A DNA stretch of 64,000 nucleotides, from the NCBI GenBank assembly GCA_964270895.1, contig OZ185443.1, one strand, 5' to 3'. A model generated the notes under the pieces. The model was not told the DNA's origin. It did not search any database and saw nothing but the letters and a program-made list of their open reading frames with translations. Numbering within the stretch: position 1 is the first letter of the stretch; every line of letters starts with the position of its first letter. This document shows positions 1 to 12,816 of the stretch, in pieces. The position numbers and the translations under genes were made by a program. Source of the DNA: Podarcis filfolensis. Lineage: Eukaryota.

Positions 1-459
1 GGCTGGTGCGATGTTGCACCAGCCTGTGCAACATCTCCTGACACCATCTGAGCCAGTGCAGCTTTCAGCTAGGCCTTGCACCTGGCTCTGCCGGTGTCCC
101 TTGCGCCTTGAATATTTGGGGGGCTGAGCCCTTAGCTAAGGAATATTCAAGGGGCTGATGACATCTCTGCCCCCTAGAGTTGGCATGCCTGACTCTCATG
201 TATAGCCTGTGAATTGTGCTTGGAAACGTATAAATGATTTTAATTATAAAAGCATGCTTTAGCTGACAGGCTAGTGTACCTTGTACATGTTGCACAGCAA
301 CTTGAACATGTTTGCAGGCTGGGGGTAAAGGAAACAACAAAAATATACTTTGCTGTTCATACCTTTTGTAAAACTGTAAATGAATACTCAAGCTTCCTTA
401 GCCTTAACCTAGTATTAAATGTTGGTGCACTCTCACATGCTATTAATGATTTCCAGGTA

Positions 460-719
460 CAGTGGTACCTCTGGTTGCGAACGCGATCCGTTCTGGAGGC
501 CCGTTCGCAACATGAAAAGAACGCAACCCGCAGCGGCGCATCTGCGCACGCAGGGGTTGCAATTCACCGCTTCTGCACATGCGCGTGACGTCATTTTGCG
601 CTTCTGCACATGTGTGAGTGGTGAAACCCGGAAGTAAGCCTTTCCAGTACTTCCGGGTCACCGCGGAACATAACCTGAAAGAATGTAACATGAAGCGGAC
701 GTAACATGAGGTATGACTG
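460..719. mobile_element. Tc1/mariner-pogo type MITE
   Basis: TA|CAGTGGTACCTC...GAGGTATGACTG|TA. Imperfect TIRs, TA duplication, CpG-rich interior. Confidence 0.8.
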
Positions 720-1636
720 TAATTTAGGCATGAGCAAAGAAGCAACAGAAGGTGACTGTGACATGCTCAGACAAGTCAAAAACTAGGTTGTTACTTGGAT
801 GCATTGATTAATGTTGTAGGAAACTAAAGAAAAATTCCAGAGCTGAATAAGAGATACGTCTGACGGGGAAAATATATAAATAGTACTGTATTTTATTCTG
901 TTGCCATAGATGTTCATAACCTAAATGCGCTTGACATATGCCTTAGCAATTAGCAAGTAACATCTGTAAATGCATTAATATTTATGGCAGTATCTTTACA
1001 TATACATTGTGAAATGAACATAATTTTGCTCTTTTTTGTGCATAGGCTTTAGCTTAGCAATTCTAACTGAAGTATTGTGTGGAGACATCGTGAGCCACTG
1101 ATTGCAGCTCTATCTCTGCTTGTGCCAGTGGTGCAGTTATGTTTTTTAAAGTACACAGAAAAGTCCAGTAAGCACCTCTCCCACCCATTGTGCCCACAAC
1201 CATTTTTAGATATTCTCCTCTAGTTTCCCCTACCTCCCCGGCTTTTGCACCTCTGTCCAATTTTCCAAAGAACAAACTTGGCTGTAGTTGGGTGCACTTG
1301 TTTCTCCATATACACAAGGACAAAATTGTAGGTCATCCAACTATGATCTGTCCTACTAAGATGGTTTCCCTCTCAGAACATCACCACCTTCTCTTTTTTT
1401 GCTGCTTCTCAGGATGAAAAGAAATAGGGGCTTCATAGTTGAGATATTGCAGGGTGTTGTTGTCTAGAATCCTTACTGGAAACATAACAAATTAAAGCTT
1501 TGCTTGATGGTTGGTATCCCTCAAGGACTTAATCATTGGCAAGTTTCTGTAATATATGCCCACTTGTGTTGTGAGTTAAGTACCATTCAACTAGGAGGCA
1601 TCTTTCTGCTGACCTGGGCATAACTACTGCTTAAGC

Positions 1637-1982
1637 CAGGGGTCAGCAAACTTACCGCACCTCGGGCTGGTGTCTCCAGCGCTGATCGCGTGGAGGAGCG
1701 CATGCCCATGTGCATGCACACACATTATTTCCAGTGCACTTCCGGGGCGGAGGAGCACAGGAAATAGCTTGTGCACATGTGCACAGGCCTCCTCTGACCC
1801 GGATATGCACCAGAAATAACGCTTGCGCATGTGCACAAGCTATTTCTGCTGCCCCTCCAACCCACGCAGCACAGCGCCGGTAAGAGCGGCTTGTAGCAGC
1901 GGGTGGCGGGGGTCGCCGTGGGCCGGATAAACGAGTCCCTTGGGCCTTATCTGGCCCGCACACCTTAGTTTGGGGACCCATG
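1637..1982. mobile_element. hAT (Charlie-like) MITE
   Basis: CAGGGGTCAGCAAACT...AGTTTGGGGACCCATG with 8-bp TSD gcttaagc/gcttaaga. Internal inverted repeat GAAATAGCTTGTGCACATG / CATGTGCACAAGCTATTTC. Confidence 0.85.
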
Positions 1983-2638
1983 GCTTAAGAAATACTTTCC
2001 TTTGACTCCTTGTGTCTGTGTATGTGTATGTATATGTATATCATACATAACAATATCTAGCTGAGTTTTAGGGTCAGGCTCCATTCATATGAGTCAAGAT
2101 AGTTTTATGCCTAGATGTACATGGTTTTCTTTGATTTGTAAATACGCTTTAAATATTGTTGGAAAATGTCTAGGATACATAGCTAGTTCTTCCTCATGTT
2201 CTTGGTGGCGTCCCACATATAGTGCCTGCAGCTGTGCAGAGCAACATTCAGAAGCTACAGAGACTGTCAGCTTTCTCTCTTTCCCAGATTTGACATTTAT
2301 TAAGTAATTTTAAACAATGGCTAGAAACCAAAGAAATGCATAACTAGTTCCACATGCCCTAAGGGGCTTCTAACTTCCCTTCTTGGACAACAGATTGTGG
2401 GGATTTTTAAAATTATGATTAAAGCATAAAGATCTGCTGTGGAAAGAAGAAATAACTAAAATTCCTGAGGTCTTGAGCTTGCTTAAAGTCCTTCTTTGGA
2501 TACCAGCTGGTAATCCTTCAATGGCATGAACTTTGTAGGTTTTCAGATGCTGAGAGTTAAAGCAAAAGATAATGCTGTGCAAATTTTAATTTTCTGGTTT
2601 AGACAGAAGCTAAGCAACCTTTACTATTCTTTTTACAG

Positions 2639-2689
2639 AATGAGAAATCTCCAGGCCGCTCAACAAGCCGCTCAAGTAACATTTCAAAG
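2639..2689 (+). CDS. MARCHF1: MARCHF1 internal coding exon, 51 nt (NEKSPGRSTSRSSNISK)
   Basis: ttttacag|AAT...TCAAAG|gtaagt, phase 0-0. Peptide matches recalled MARCH1 NEKSPGRSASRSSNISK. The upstream coding exon is outside the window. Confidence 0.93.
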
Positions 2690-5311
2690 GTAAGTTACGA
2701 ACTACTCTCAGGCAGACCTAGTGTGACATATACTGTTTTTGCTGTAATCTGAGGCACACTTACTTGGGAGTGAGTCCCATTGAATACAGTAGAACGTAAA
2801 CATGAGTATGATTGGGCTGCATTTTTAAATGGGCTTTGTAATACTTTGAGTATGTTTTCATTTAACACTAAACTGTGGTTTAGCATTACAAGAATGAGCT
2901 GAAGCAAGCCTTGATCGCAGACACCTCTCCCATAGCCTCTATTCCTCTCAACAAGGAGAAAGTCTGGAAGCTTCTCTTTTGCTGTGTTGTCTAAATAGAA
3001 AACTGTGGTTAACCTCAACTATGGTTTGTTCAAGTGAGCTATAAACTATGGTTTGAAATTGAATTTTTCAGCAAACCATAGTTAAAATTAACCATATTTT
3101 GTCCCAGTTCAGATTTCATGAAAAGCTGTGGTTAATTTAAAACAGAAGTGAAAGCTTCCCAATACCTTCTTGTGGCTGCACTGGAGAAGGGAATATGCAT
3201 GCCTAAGAATCACTATGGCTTGCTCTCATAGTACTAAACCAAGGTTTTGCCTTATACTTCTCTCCCCACCCAAGGCCAAGATGTGTCACTCTGGAAACAA
3301 GCCACATCTCACTGAAGTCAACAGTATAAAGTCCATTGGCTTCACTAGATCTGAATATTGCTCTCTCAAACCTTCCGTTCCCTATATGTGTGTGTGTTTG
3401 TGTGTCTAAATTTATTTTACAGACTCTTGACAAATTGCCTTCCATATATTTTCACATTTCAAAAGCAGGTTGAAGATATAGATATTCAGCCTGCTCCATA
3501 ATGTTTGTGGTGCCAAGAGCACAGGAGATTATGGAAGGAGATTAATAAGTTTTATAATAATAGTCATTTGGAGCATGAAAATCAGATTAGGTGAAAACTC
3601 TGAATAAATGGAGAAAGAAATTGATTTCCTGAGTCTGAATGAATAAGGAAGAAATAGCTGCATTTTGTGGCCACTAAACATAGTTGACCAAGCTGCTGAG
3701 CAAGATACGAGAAGGTGAGCACTACATCAGAGGGTAATATGAACAGTAACTTATTACACCTGAAGGCACGGTAGTTGCTAGGTGTTTGTGAAAGCAGCGG
3801 CATTCTAGAGTAAACCTGCCAACCTAGGCAAGCAATTGTAAATCTCTTTCCCCCCACCTGCCAAATTTACTGTTCCTCTTGATATTCATTTATACAGTGG
3901 AAAGACACATCAAAGAAGGGCTCAAACAATGTAGTGCTTGCTTTTGAATTACCTGCCAGCGGCAACTTCACACACAAACACACACAAAGGTTTCTGCTGG
4001 CAGTATGTGAATCAGCAGAAGTGACAGAAGGATAGGAAAGTGTCCACTTCTCCTGGTAATCGGCTGGTGTTTTGTTTATATGGATGGCATTTGTTACAGA
4101 AAATCCATGTTCCCCCCCTTTCTTTCAGGGGTGGGACATGCATCTCTCTGTCTCGAGGGGGGAAATACCGTACATTTTATTTCTCAAATATTTTTGTAGC
4201 TTTGCATGCATGCAGAGAGTGCTTGCCATAGTGATGAGTTCCAGCCTCCTACCTCATGTGCAGTTCCATGCATACATGTAGGGGAGGGGCTGGATCATTC
4301 CCTGACTGTCCTTTATCTAAAACAGTGAGAGCAGGTGTACCATTTTGGAGGAAATTACCTTTTTTTTTGCAGGAGAATCTAGGAATTCTATCTAGAATTT
4401 CACATTAATTATTTTACATTTTAGTGTTGATTCTCCCAGCAGAAGTTTCTAGCTATTTCTACAGTGTAAAGCATGCTGCTTTTTTTTTACCTTCTCTGTG
4501 TTTTCTTTCTAAATGTTTAATTGCTTTTGAAATGTGTGAGTTAATATGACAATAACAATTTCAGAAGAATCTAGATTTGTTTCTTTTCGGTGTGATACAG
4601 TCCACTCTTTGCAATATGTTGGTGTGTGAGAGACTATCTGCTTGTATGAAAATGTTCACATATTTTATTTGAGGGTTCCCTATTTTCTCAGTGAGAAGTA
4701 TATGCAATTCAAACAGGGATTTATTTAAAAAATGCTTCTTTTTTAATGAATGGTTTGCATAGATCTGTACTGAATAGTTCTTGTTACAACCACATTCGGA
4801 TGTGTGGGAGTGAAAGGATTTCTTAGAAGACTGATTCTCTTCATCGCACATATTTAAAATTTAGCACATAGTAAAAAGAACGAGTCGCTTTGTTTTAAAC
4901 TGATCCATTGTCAGTTGGCCACAAATATGAGCTTGGCATTTAATAATTGGGTCTTCCCTAATAAGTAATAAAGGGAAAATATGATGTGCCAATAAAAGCC
5001 TGATGGAAATTTTTAGTTAAATGTTAACAGTAAAAAGTAGATAAAACTCAATCACAACCAAATAATCATCTATTCCAGAAAGGCAGCCATGTGTATGCCA
5101 CCTCCCATTTTGGGTGTGTGTTTTTTCTGAAGGATGGGCAGCTGCTGTGGCCTAAGGCCTCTCATACTCATGTCTCCCAGTTTGGAGAGGTGCAAACGTC
5201 TCTAGTAGTGAACAAGTATGTTGGAGATTGTTTATTCCTTAAACTGCTCTAGGCATTTTCTCTTGCTTCTATACTTAGAGTTTTCTTTTTCCTCCCAAAC
5301 AACACAGCAGG

Positions 5312-5444
5312 CATGGGCATAGCCAAGGGGGGGGGGCAGGGAGGGGAAATTGCCTCCCCAAAAAACCAATAAAAATACATAGCCAACTGAGGTTATGCCC
5401 CCCCAACAAAAAACCTGCCCCCCCAAATCCTGGCTACACCCATG
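5312..5444. mobile_element. hAT-type MITE
   Basis: CATGGGCATAGCCAAG...CCTGGCTACACCCATG. 8-bp flanks acagcagg/gctgcagg (6/8). Confidence 0.72.
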
Positions 5445-8400
5445 GCTGCAGGTCTAAGTCTGGTTATGCCCTAGTAAGATTTCAGAGTGTTTAAAATGGT
5501 TTGCAGCTTCAATGATTTAAACTGTATTGGAACATTTTAAGTTTGTTTCTGGATACACTTGATCTCTTTAAACTGATGGAAGTGAAGATGCATTTTTTAA
5601 AATTGCTATGCAAATTCAGTGATTTATTTAATCAGAAGGCATGGTAGATATTTATTTTAAAAATTTATAAATATAATGGTTGTGCAAGAAAAGCCTGTTG
5701 TAATTCATCTTGACTTAGACACATTATCATCACACACACTTGGATATGATCTGTATAAACAACTAAAGGTTTGGTATGTGTGGACTTTTCAAAGAGGCAT
5801 ATGCAAACATAATGCATTCCTATGTAACAATTAACCATACTATGCTTGTTTTCAAACAGGGTAATAAACAGATGTTTATTAAATTGAGCAGCTGACTTGC
5901 ACATTCCAAAATGCACTTGCTAAAAGCTATAACAATATTACTAAGTACATCTGTTAAAAGGAAAATGAAAGCCAAGAATGTCTTCGTAAACATACCCTTA
6001 TTCCTCTGTACAGTCATATTGACCTCATAAGAATAATTTGCCTTGATTTCTGTATTCATATCTTCAAATCAGTACTTTTTACTTCCAGTATTTTAGTACC
6101 TTTCAGCTAAGTATGTGAATTGCTTCGCAGACTTTCCCCTTAATTATTATAGAGGGAGGCGTTTCTGATCCTGATTAGATATGATGTAGTTGGCCATCCT
6201 CATCAGCGTATGTGCCAAACTCTCATTAAAGGTTTGGAAAACACCACCATAGCCCTCTGATTTTGACTTCTAGTATTACACAAATATGATGACATTTATA
6301 TGGACAATAATTTCAACAATCTTGTCTGTGAATGATGCTGACTGGAGAAGAGCTTGTTACTATGGCAGCTAATGCTGTTCTAGGACACATCGCATTCATT
6401 GTGTTGGAGGGAACCCACCCCTTTGCTGTCACTAATGTTGCAAGTGAAAGCATTACAAGTTGTGGGGGGGCGGGGGAGAGAAATGAGCTACATTTCAAAC
6501 TTGCTGGTGAGGACTGGCCAAAATGAAGAGTGAAAACCCAAAACTTAAGTTATGTAGAAATGAAAAGCTGTGATCTAACGTGTCAGCCATGGAATGAATG
6601 AGTACACCTGACATCTCCTTCTTACATGCCAGAATAAAAGACACTAACTCTGAAACTGAACTTGGTGTAACTGACGGCCTTGCTTTTGGATCATGTTTTG
6701 GCGAGGCTGAAAATGATGTGCCAATTTATTTGCAGAGTGTTTTACTAGTGTCACAATTCTGTGGAGTTGTCTATATATTTCATGACCATAAATTATATCC
6801 CATGCTTCCATACACTCAAGGTGGCTGAAGCTTCCCTACTGCCTAGTTAGGGGAGCATATAGTGGTTTTGTTTCATTTGTTTTTTAAAGGCAATCATATC
6901 GGTTCATAAGAAAAAACTCCAGAATCCAGAGTTTTTAAAGAAGATGGAAGATATCCCATAGGAGGAACCCATTCCTTTGAGAGATCAGTCCTAACGCCTG
7001 AGCCCTACTCTTCGCTCTGTGTGTGTGTGTGTGTGCGCGTGCGTGTTTGTGGTAAGATATGGTGGAGATATCCTTCCACCTGGCACTGCTGATCTCTGCC
7101 TGCCTGGAAGGTGAGGGGTGTCTGCAGCCAAGGTTGAGGACCCTACTGCACCCACCAGTGGCATAGGCAGTCAACAGGTAGCCACTAATGGTGTTCCTAC
7201 CACCGTAGCTGATGTAAGGCCCCAAAGAATGGCGTTGTGGCAGAATTGGACCAGCCTTGGATTTTCTGGATCCTAAACTATTCCAGCAGCCAGTGTGTCT
7301 TCTCTGCTGTGGCAGCCTGGAGCTGACACACCAGAATTCACAAATAGCCCCCTTCACATGAACATATTCTGCCCTGGCCAGCTCAAGTAGCAGAACTCCA
7401 GATGGAGTAGTGACTCCACTACACCACTATCTGGGAATTAGGAAGCAACCTTTCCCGTGTAGTGCACAAGCAGGGCTGATGAATTCCACTCATAGCCACT
7501 GGGGCTCTAAGCTCCTATTACTTCTTCACCTCACCCTTGCTCAGAACAATTCGCCAGGATTTTGTTTTTGTTTTTTGAATGGGGACAGCAGCATTGCGGT
7601 GATCCATCTTAAGTGGGGTGGCGACCCAATTATGGTTCACGACACATTTGTTGAATGCGAGTGCTCTAAAGCACCATGTAACTGCTACGTTCTGACATAG
7701 TGACAAAAGAAACATTTCAGAAGGCCAGAACTAATCTGGTAGAATTGGTGCTGTTTCTGAGACCTAGCTCTGCTCCCATAAAGAAATGCGCTTTCTTGTT
7801 TATAAATATGTTGCTGCAAAACATAATTTTGTATTGCTGCCTTCAGTTATGCTACCAATACAATCTGCGTTGATGAATTTTCTCCAGCTGTCCTCTGGTG
7901 TAACTTTTTCCCTTCATTTAAATAGTGCTTTAAACTAAGTATTTTTATGAAGTGTCTATTAAAGGAATTTGCCATTTGAAGTTAATTATGCTGTCATGAA
8001 ATGAAATAGAAGTCTTTTGTGTAGCCAATCAAGTAACAGCCTACAATCATGATGTGCTAAATGTGAGGTTGCAACAGCGAAGTTTTACATGTTAACCTTG
8101 CATATTAGTAGTTCTATATGTGCTGCACGTATTTTCTATTTTTTTTCTTTGATGTGACAATTGCATTAGAATTTATATTTTTAAAAATCATTTAATTTTG
8201 AATCATGTACTCAATGCGCTGTCTGCCTAAATTGAACATGGTTTCTGCAGCTGTTTGTCATCCTCCAGGAGGGCAGTGAATATACAATCCTTGTGCCATG
8301 TTGCGTACTTGCTGTGTGCCATGTTATATACTTGCTTCCTCTGTACCATACTGACTACCAGCTGTGGGAAAATAATAAGTTTGGGAGGACGGCGGAGGGG

Positions 8401-9889
8401 GGAGATTATTGGTTTTGTCTCCCCCTTGTTTTCATTATGTATTTTGTGTTTTTATATATTTTTTATGCCTTTGAACCCCTCTGCAATCTTCAGATGAAGG
8501 GTGGTATACACATTTAACAAACAAACAAATAAATCTATTAAAATAAAATACGTATTTGATAGGTGTAAAGAGCCAAAAATGATGTTGCTTTTATTAGGAT
8601 AACTGCAAAAGCTTGTAGATTGCAAAATTCCAAATAGGTAGTGGTGGGCTGCATGGATTGGTCCATTTTTACTCCAGCGTGGGGTCTGAATTTTTAAAGA
8701 ATTCCTACTCATAGAAAAGTAATAAAAGCATGCATGGGATTGCAACTTCTGTTAAGCTGAAGTGATTTTTATCCGGCAATTGCATGGATTTCCTCACCCA
8801 GGTCTATGCCCAGTACATATGATGGCTATTTAGGATGAAAAGGAAGCAGTTCCTTCCCAGCCCGCTTATAATAAAGCAATAAGTAGTCCAGAAGGCTTCA
8901 GGAGACAAAGTGGGTGTCCCAAATTACTTCAGCTAGCTTTGTTTCCAGGATGAAAACAAGCAACATAAAAATTGAATAAATATACATGAAATACACACAC
9001 AAAAAGGCTGTGTTTATCTCTGGATATGCATGCCTAACTCCCGCATGAGTTACCGCAACTGATCACAGATGTTAAGAAAAGAAGGAATGCAATATGTGTC
9101 ATATACCCACCAGCTGTGGCCAATATCTGCAGCAGGCATCTTTCCCCTAATGTTCCGATTTTGTAGTTCTTCTTACAGAAATGTTAATTGAAATGTTTGC
9201 ATATGGGAAAAAGAAAACCCTCAAGAACAATAAATTATTCTTTCCTACCCCCTCCCAACATAGGTCTCGTTTGTACATTCTACTGCACAAAGTTTGATGT
9301 GACACATCTGGCTGGCAGTGTCTGTGGGTTGTGTGTTAGGATCACCACAGCAAAGAAACATTATGCAATAAAGAATAGCAATCAAGCATACTCATATAAG
9401 TTCTGTGCTTCTAAAAAGCAATAATGGGTCCCAAAATGTTTCAGGCTGGTTAAATTTATAATTGAATTATACTGTCATCTTTAGCCAGGCGACAATAAGC
9501 TTACAAAGTGTGGATGTCTCTTAAAAACTAACAGTGTAAACCTATGCATGCCCACTTAAAAGTAAGTTCTATTAATTTCAGTGGGTTTTACTCAGCCTAA
9601 AGGTCCCAGTGCACATTGTCACATGTAATGGCCCTGGATGTAGATACACATCAGCTGAGTTAGCATTGTGATGTAAATGGAAATGAACATGCAGAGTGAT
9701 CTGCATCTAAATTTATAACTCAGCCTGGTGAAAATCTGACTTTAGGCCAGCCCTACCATTGGGCAGCATGTGAGGTACATCTGAGGCGGTGGGTGCTGGT
9801 ATATAAGGAGGAGCAGCAGTGGCAACCCCCCAGCTCAACTGTGCCTTTTGAGCCCTACTGGCCATTTCCCTCTATTAAGGGACATTTGC

Positions 9890-9991
9890 TGTTGTTGTTT
9901 AGTCGTGTCCGACTCTTCGTGACCCCATGGACCAGAGCACGCCAGGCACTCCTGTCTTCCACTTCCTCCCACAGTTTGGTCAAATTCATGT
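9890..9991 (-). mobile_element. RTE/Bov-B LINE 3' end
   Basis: tgttgttgtttagtcgtgtccgactcttcgtgaccccatggaccagagcacgccagg is the reverse complement of the Bov-B terminus with a (CAA)n tail. Confidence 0.88.
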
Positions 9992-10151
9992 TAGGAGCTC
10001 TTTGTTATTCTGACACTTGCTCTGTTATTTTAAAAGCGACAGATTTTGTGGAGTCTACAGAAAGTCTCTTCAGGGTCCAGATGTGGCCTGTAGATTAACC
10101 ACACCCACTTTAAACAAAGAAAATAATGGAGAAGACTTTTAGTAATGGACA

Positions 10152-10380
10152 GAGCCAGTGGTTAGTGTTCGGCTAGGACCTGGAAAACTAGGGTTCAAAT
10201 CTCCACTCAGACATGAAGTTCACTGGATGACCTTGGGCCAGTCATAGTCTCTCAGCCAAATATACCTTGCAGGGTTGTTCTGAGGATAAAATGAGAGAGG
10301 GAGAACAAATCAATAATGGAGAGTGGGAGGTCCTTGGAGGAAGGTTGGTACAGAAATGTAATAATAATAATAATTAATAA
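10152..10380 (+). mobile_element. Squam3/MIR-like SINE, degraded
   Basis: gccagtggttag...gggttcaaatc...gaccttgggccagtc, ending in (TAA)n. Confidence 0.7.
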
Positions 10381-11429
10381 TATAAATATTTTTAGGATTT
10401 TTTTTGTTCAAAATTAAGAAAAAAATATATTCCTGAGAGCTCTGAGGTAGATTTGTGGCAATACATGATTGTAAGGGTAGGGGAAATAGTGTTGCCTTTA
10501 ACTGTAATACTTTGATTGTGAATCTTAGGATATTGTATAGGCCTGATTGTTTTCGCTTTTGGTCCACTTCAACATGACAAATTTCCTACATTAAAAAGCA
10601 TTTCAATGAAGTATTTTGCAACATGGGCCGATTATACATAAGAACATTCGAAGAGCCCTGCAGGGTCACGTGAAAGGCCCATTTAGGGTAGCAGTCTGTT
10701 CCCACAGCGGATAGCAAGATGCCTACAAGCAGGACTTGCATGTGATAGCACTGTCCTGGTTTTGTTCCTCAACAGCTGATATTCATATGCATGTCTTCAG
10801 AGTAATGTGTATATCCAATCATCACTTCAGAAACTGTTCATAATACTAAAGACATTCACAGTGTCCCGTGAAACTGTGTGTGTTAAGCAGTCTTCTGTGC
10901 TACACCTCCAGCCAGAATACTGATTAATCACAAGGCTTATGCCAAGGAGGACTTCAGTTTAGAGCTTTAAGAGTAATGTAGCTGGTGCATAACATAAGCC
11001 TTCGGGTCATTAACAATTAAGCTAACTACAGAGTTTAGCTATGTGCAAAACTATATTGTTAGTAACCTTCTAGCTACCATGGAACAATCTTGTTTTCTAG
11101 CCAAAACAAGTCAACAGGTTTAGTCTGCAAATTGCTGTGGCTGCTTTATGATGGGACTCGCTCATACTGTGGAAGTGTTTTGCTTCAGATGTTTGGACAC
11201 GTAAATAGTTTCTGAAAGTGAACTTGATTGCTCTGATGATGTTTTTAAAAATAGTATTTAAGCTTCATGTTGCTTCTGCCCTCCCACACTGCAACAGTCT
11301 GGCAGCCCTGCCTCAGCCCTTACTCAGCACAATATCAGTGCAGTTCACTTTGTTCCAGTAAGGAGCCTCATCGTTGTTGAAATTTGGCAGCTGTTGTTTC
11401 CTTCATGCTCTGTGCTCGCAGTAGACCCA

Positions 11430-11626
11430 ACTGCAAAATGAAACCTTTAGCCTGCAGAAGTTTGTTCCTCAAACAAGATAAAATATGTATGTGGACTGCA
11501 ACTGTAGCCCTTAGAACATTTAGTTCCTCAAAAGGGTTTTGCTTTTGCAGGCACTTCCTGTATTTTAGAAGTGCGTGGATGTGAAAACATCGTAAACAGC
11601 TGCACAAGTTAACTTTTGTTTTAATC
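11430..11626 (+). promoter_or_regulatory. Candidate internal (immune-cell type) MARCHF1 promoter or 5' UTR with ETS/PU.1 motifs
   Basis: GTTCCTC 11464-11470, AGTTCCTC 11522-11529 and CACTTCCTGT 11552-11561 lie just upstream of the alternative ATG. There is also an acceptor ttttgcttttgcag at 11550. Confidence 0.4.
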
Positions 11627-11781
11627 ATGTGGAAAAGCAGTAAAATATCGACTCTTTATTTCATTGATAAAGATTCCAAATTATCTAACTTCTTTCAACA
11701 GGCAAGCAGTCCTACCACAGGGACAGCACCCAGAAGCCAGTCACGGTTATCTGTCTGCCCTTCTACTCAGGACATCTGTAG
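11627..11781 (+). CDS. MARCHF1: Alternative 5'-extended MARCHF1 exon giving a short-isoform N-terminus ([31 protein letters not shown]...)
   Basis: ATG at 11627 is in frame with exon 11702, with 25 open codons through the acceptor region. Resembles the recalled human isoform-2 N-terminus (MWKKSKISTMYYLNQDAKLSNLFLQ). Confidence 0.65.
11702..11781 (+). CDS. MARCHF1: MARCHF1 coding exon, 80 nt ([27 protein letters not shown])
   Basis: tttcaacag|GCA...TGTAG|gtacgt, phase 0-2. Peptide matches the recalled MARCH1 segment. Confidence 0.96.
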
Positions 11782-12066
11782 GTACGTGATAAAAGAGTGG
11801 TCCTAATCTGATTGATGCATAGTCTTCTTTATCTAATGATCCGTAGCTCTTGCTTTTGCCTAACCCCCCCTCCATGGATTTACATTCAAATCTACTTTTG
11901 GTTTGTCATTTTCAGTGTTTTGTTATGTCTTTTCCATATCTTTTTTTTCTGTTTAAGTCATAATTATTTTTGTTTTCATTTCAAAATCCTGATTTGTTTC
12001 GTTTCTTTCTCTCTCTCTTCGTTTTATCATTTTCCATCCATCTCCTTCGCTTGCTGCTTTGTTTAG

Positions 12067-12816
12067 ACCTCCCACCTTGCATGACATATCAGAAGATAAG
12101 TTTGAAAACTCGACCCCTGTCACGGTACTGAGTCCAGCTAGTAAAGAAACTGGTAGGAAACAAGTGAAGCGAAGGGTTAGGCGGAGGAAAGAGCCTGAGG
12201 AGAATAATGGGCATGCAGAAAAGCAAAAAAGAGAGAACGATGGCAAGTTGCACCCCAACATTGCAAATCGTGCATGGAATGCCTTGCACAAACTATCATC
12301 CGATTCATCATCTTCAGATGAGAACCACTGGGCCCTGGTTAGAAAGAGAGAGAGAGCCAACATGCCCAGGAGAATGAGAAGGCGGAGTACTTCAAACGCT
12401 CGGACAGATGATTCTTCCAGGAAGAATGCCATTGAACTTGTAACTATGGGGACAGGTGGGGAAAAGAAGCAAGAAGAGAAGATTGAGCCTGAAGGCTGCA
12501 CTCCTAGTCACCGCAGGAGAAGGATTTCACGGTGTAAAGAGACCTGCCGCTCACCGTCTTCTATGGAGGCAAGGAGCTCCTTTAGACAAGGTGGGAAACA
12601 CCAGGACAAGTGCAGCCGCAAGGATCCAGAGCCTTCAAGGAACATGAGACGAGTCAAAGCAAGCAAGGAGGAAAGTGGTTCAGAGAAAGGCCCAGACAGT
12701 GATATTTTGTCAGTTCCAGAAAATGGAGTACCTGCTGGGACAGGGCTTGCTGCATCGGCTGCTGTTCAGAAACCTGCGTTTTATGATGACTTGTCAGATG
12801 ATTTCGAAGTGTGCAG
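12067..12816 (+). CDS. MARCHF1: MARCHF1 long in-frame cassette exon, 750 nt / 250 aa, basic and Ser/acidic low-complexity region
   Basis: Long pyrimidine tract, then tttag|A CCT...; ends TGCAG|gtttgt, phase 2-2, open throughout (ORF 12059..12829). Resembles the recalled long human MARCHF1 isoform insert (LHDLSEDNFENSTPVTVLSP...LEVCR). Confidence 0.85.

Noticed and set aside
1-155. Small inverted repeats (GGCTGGTGC/GCACCAGCC at 1-24; CCTTGAATATT/AATATTCAAGG)
   Set aside because: At the window edge and probably part of a MITE whose other end is outside. Cannot be delimited.
6313-6828. Protein-looking short ORFs in a MARCHF1 intron
   Set aside because: No recognisable family, no convincing splice-site pair, and length is within chance expectation.
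11953-12501. 182-aa antisense ORF
   Set aside because: Mirror of the purine-rich MARCHF1 cassette exon. Ser/Phe/Leu-rich, with no independent splice or promoter evidence.
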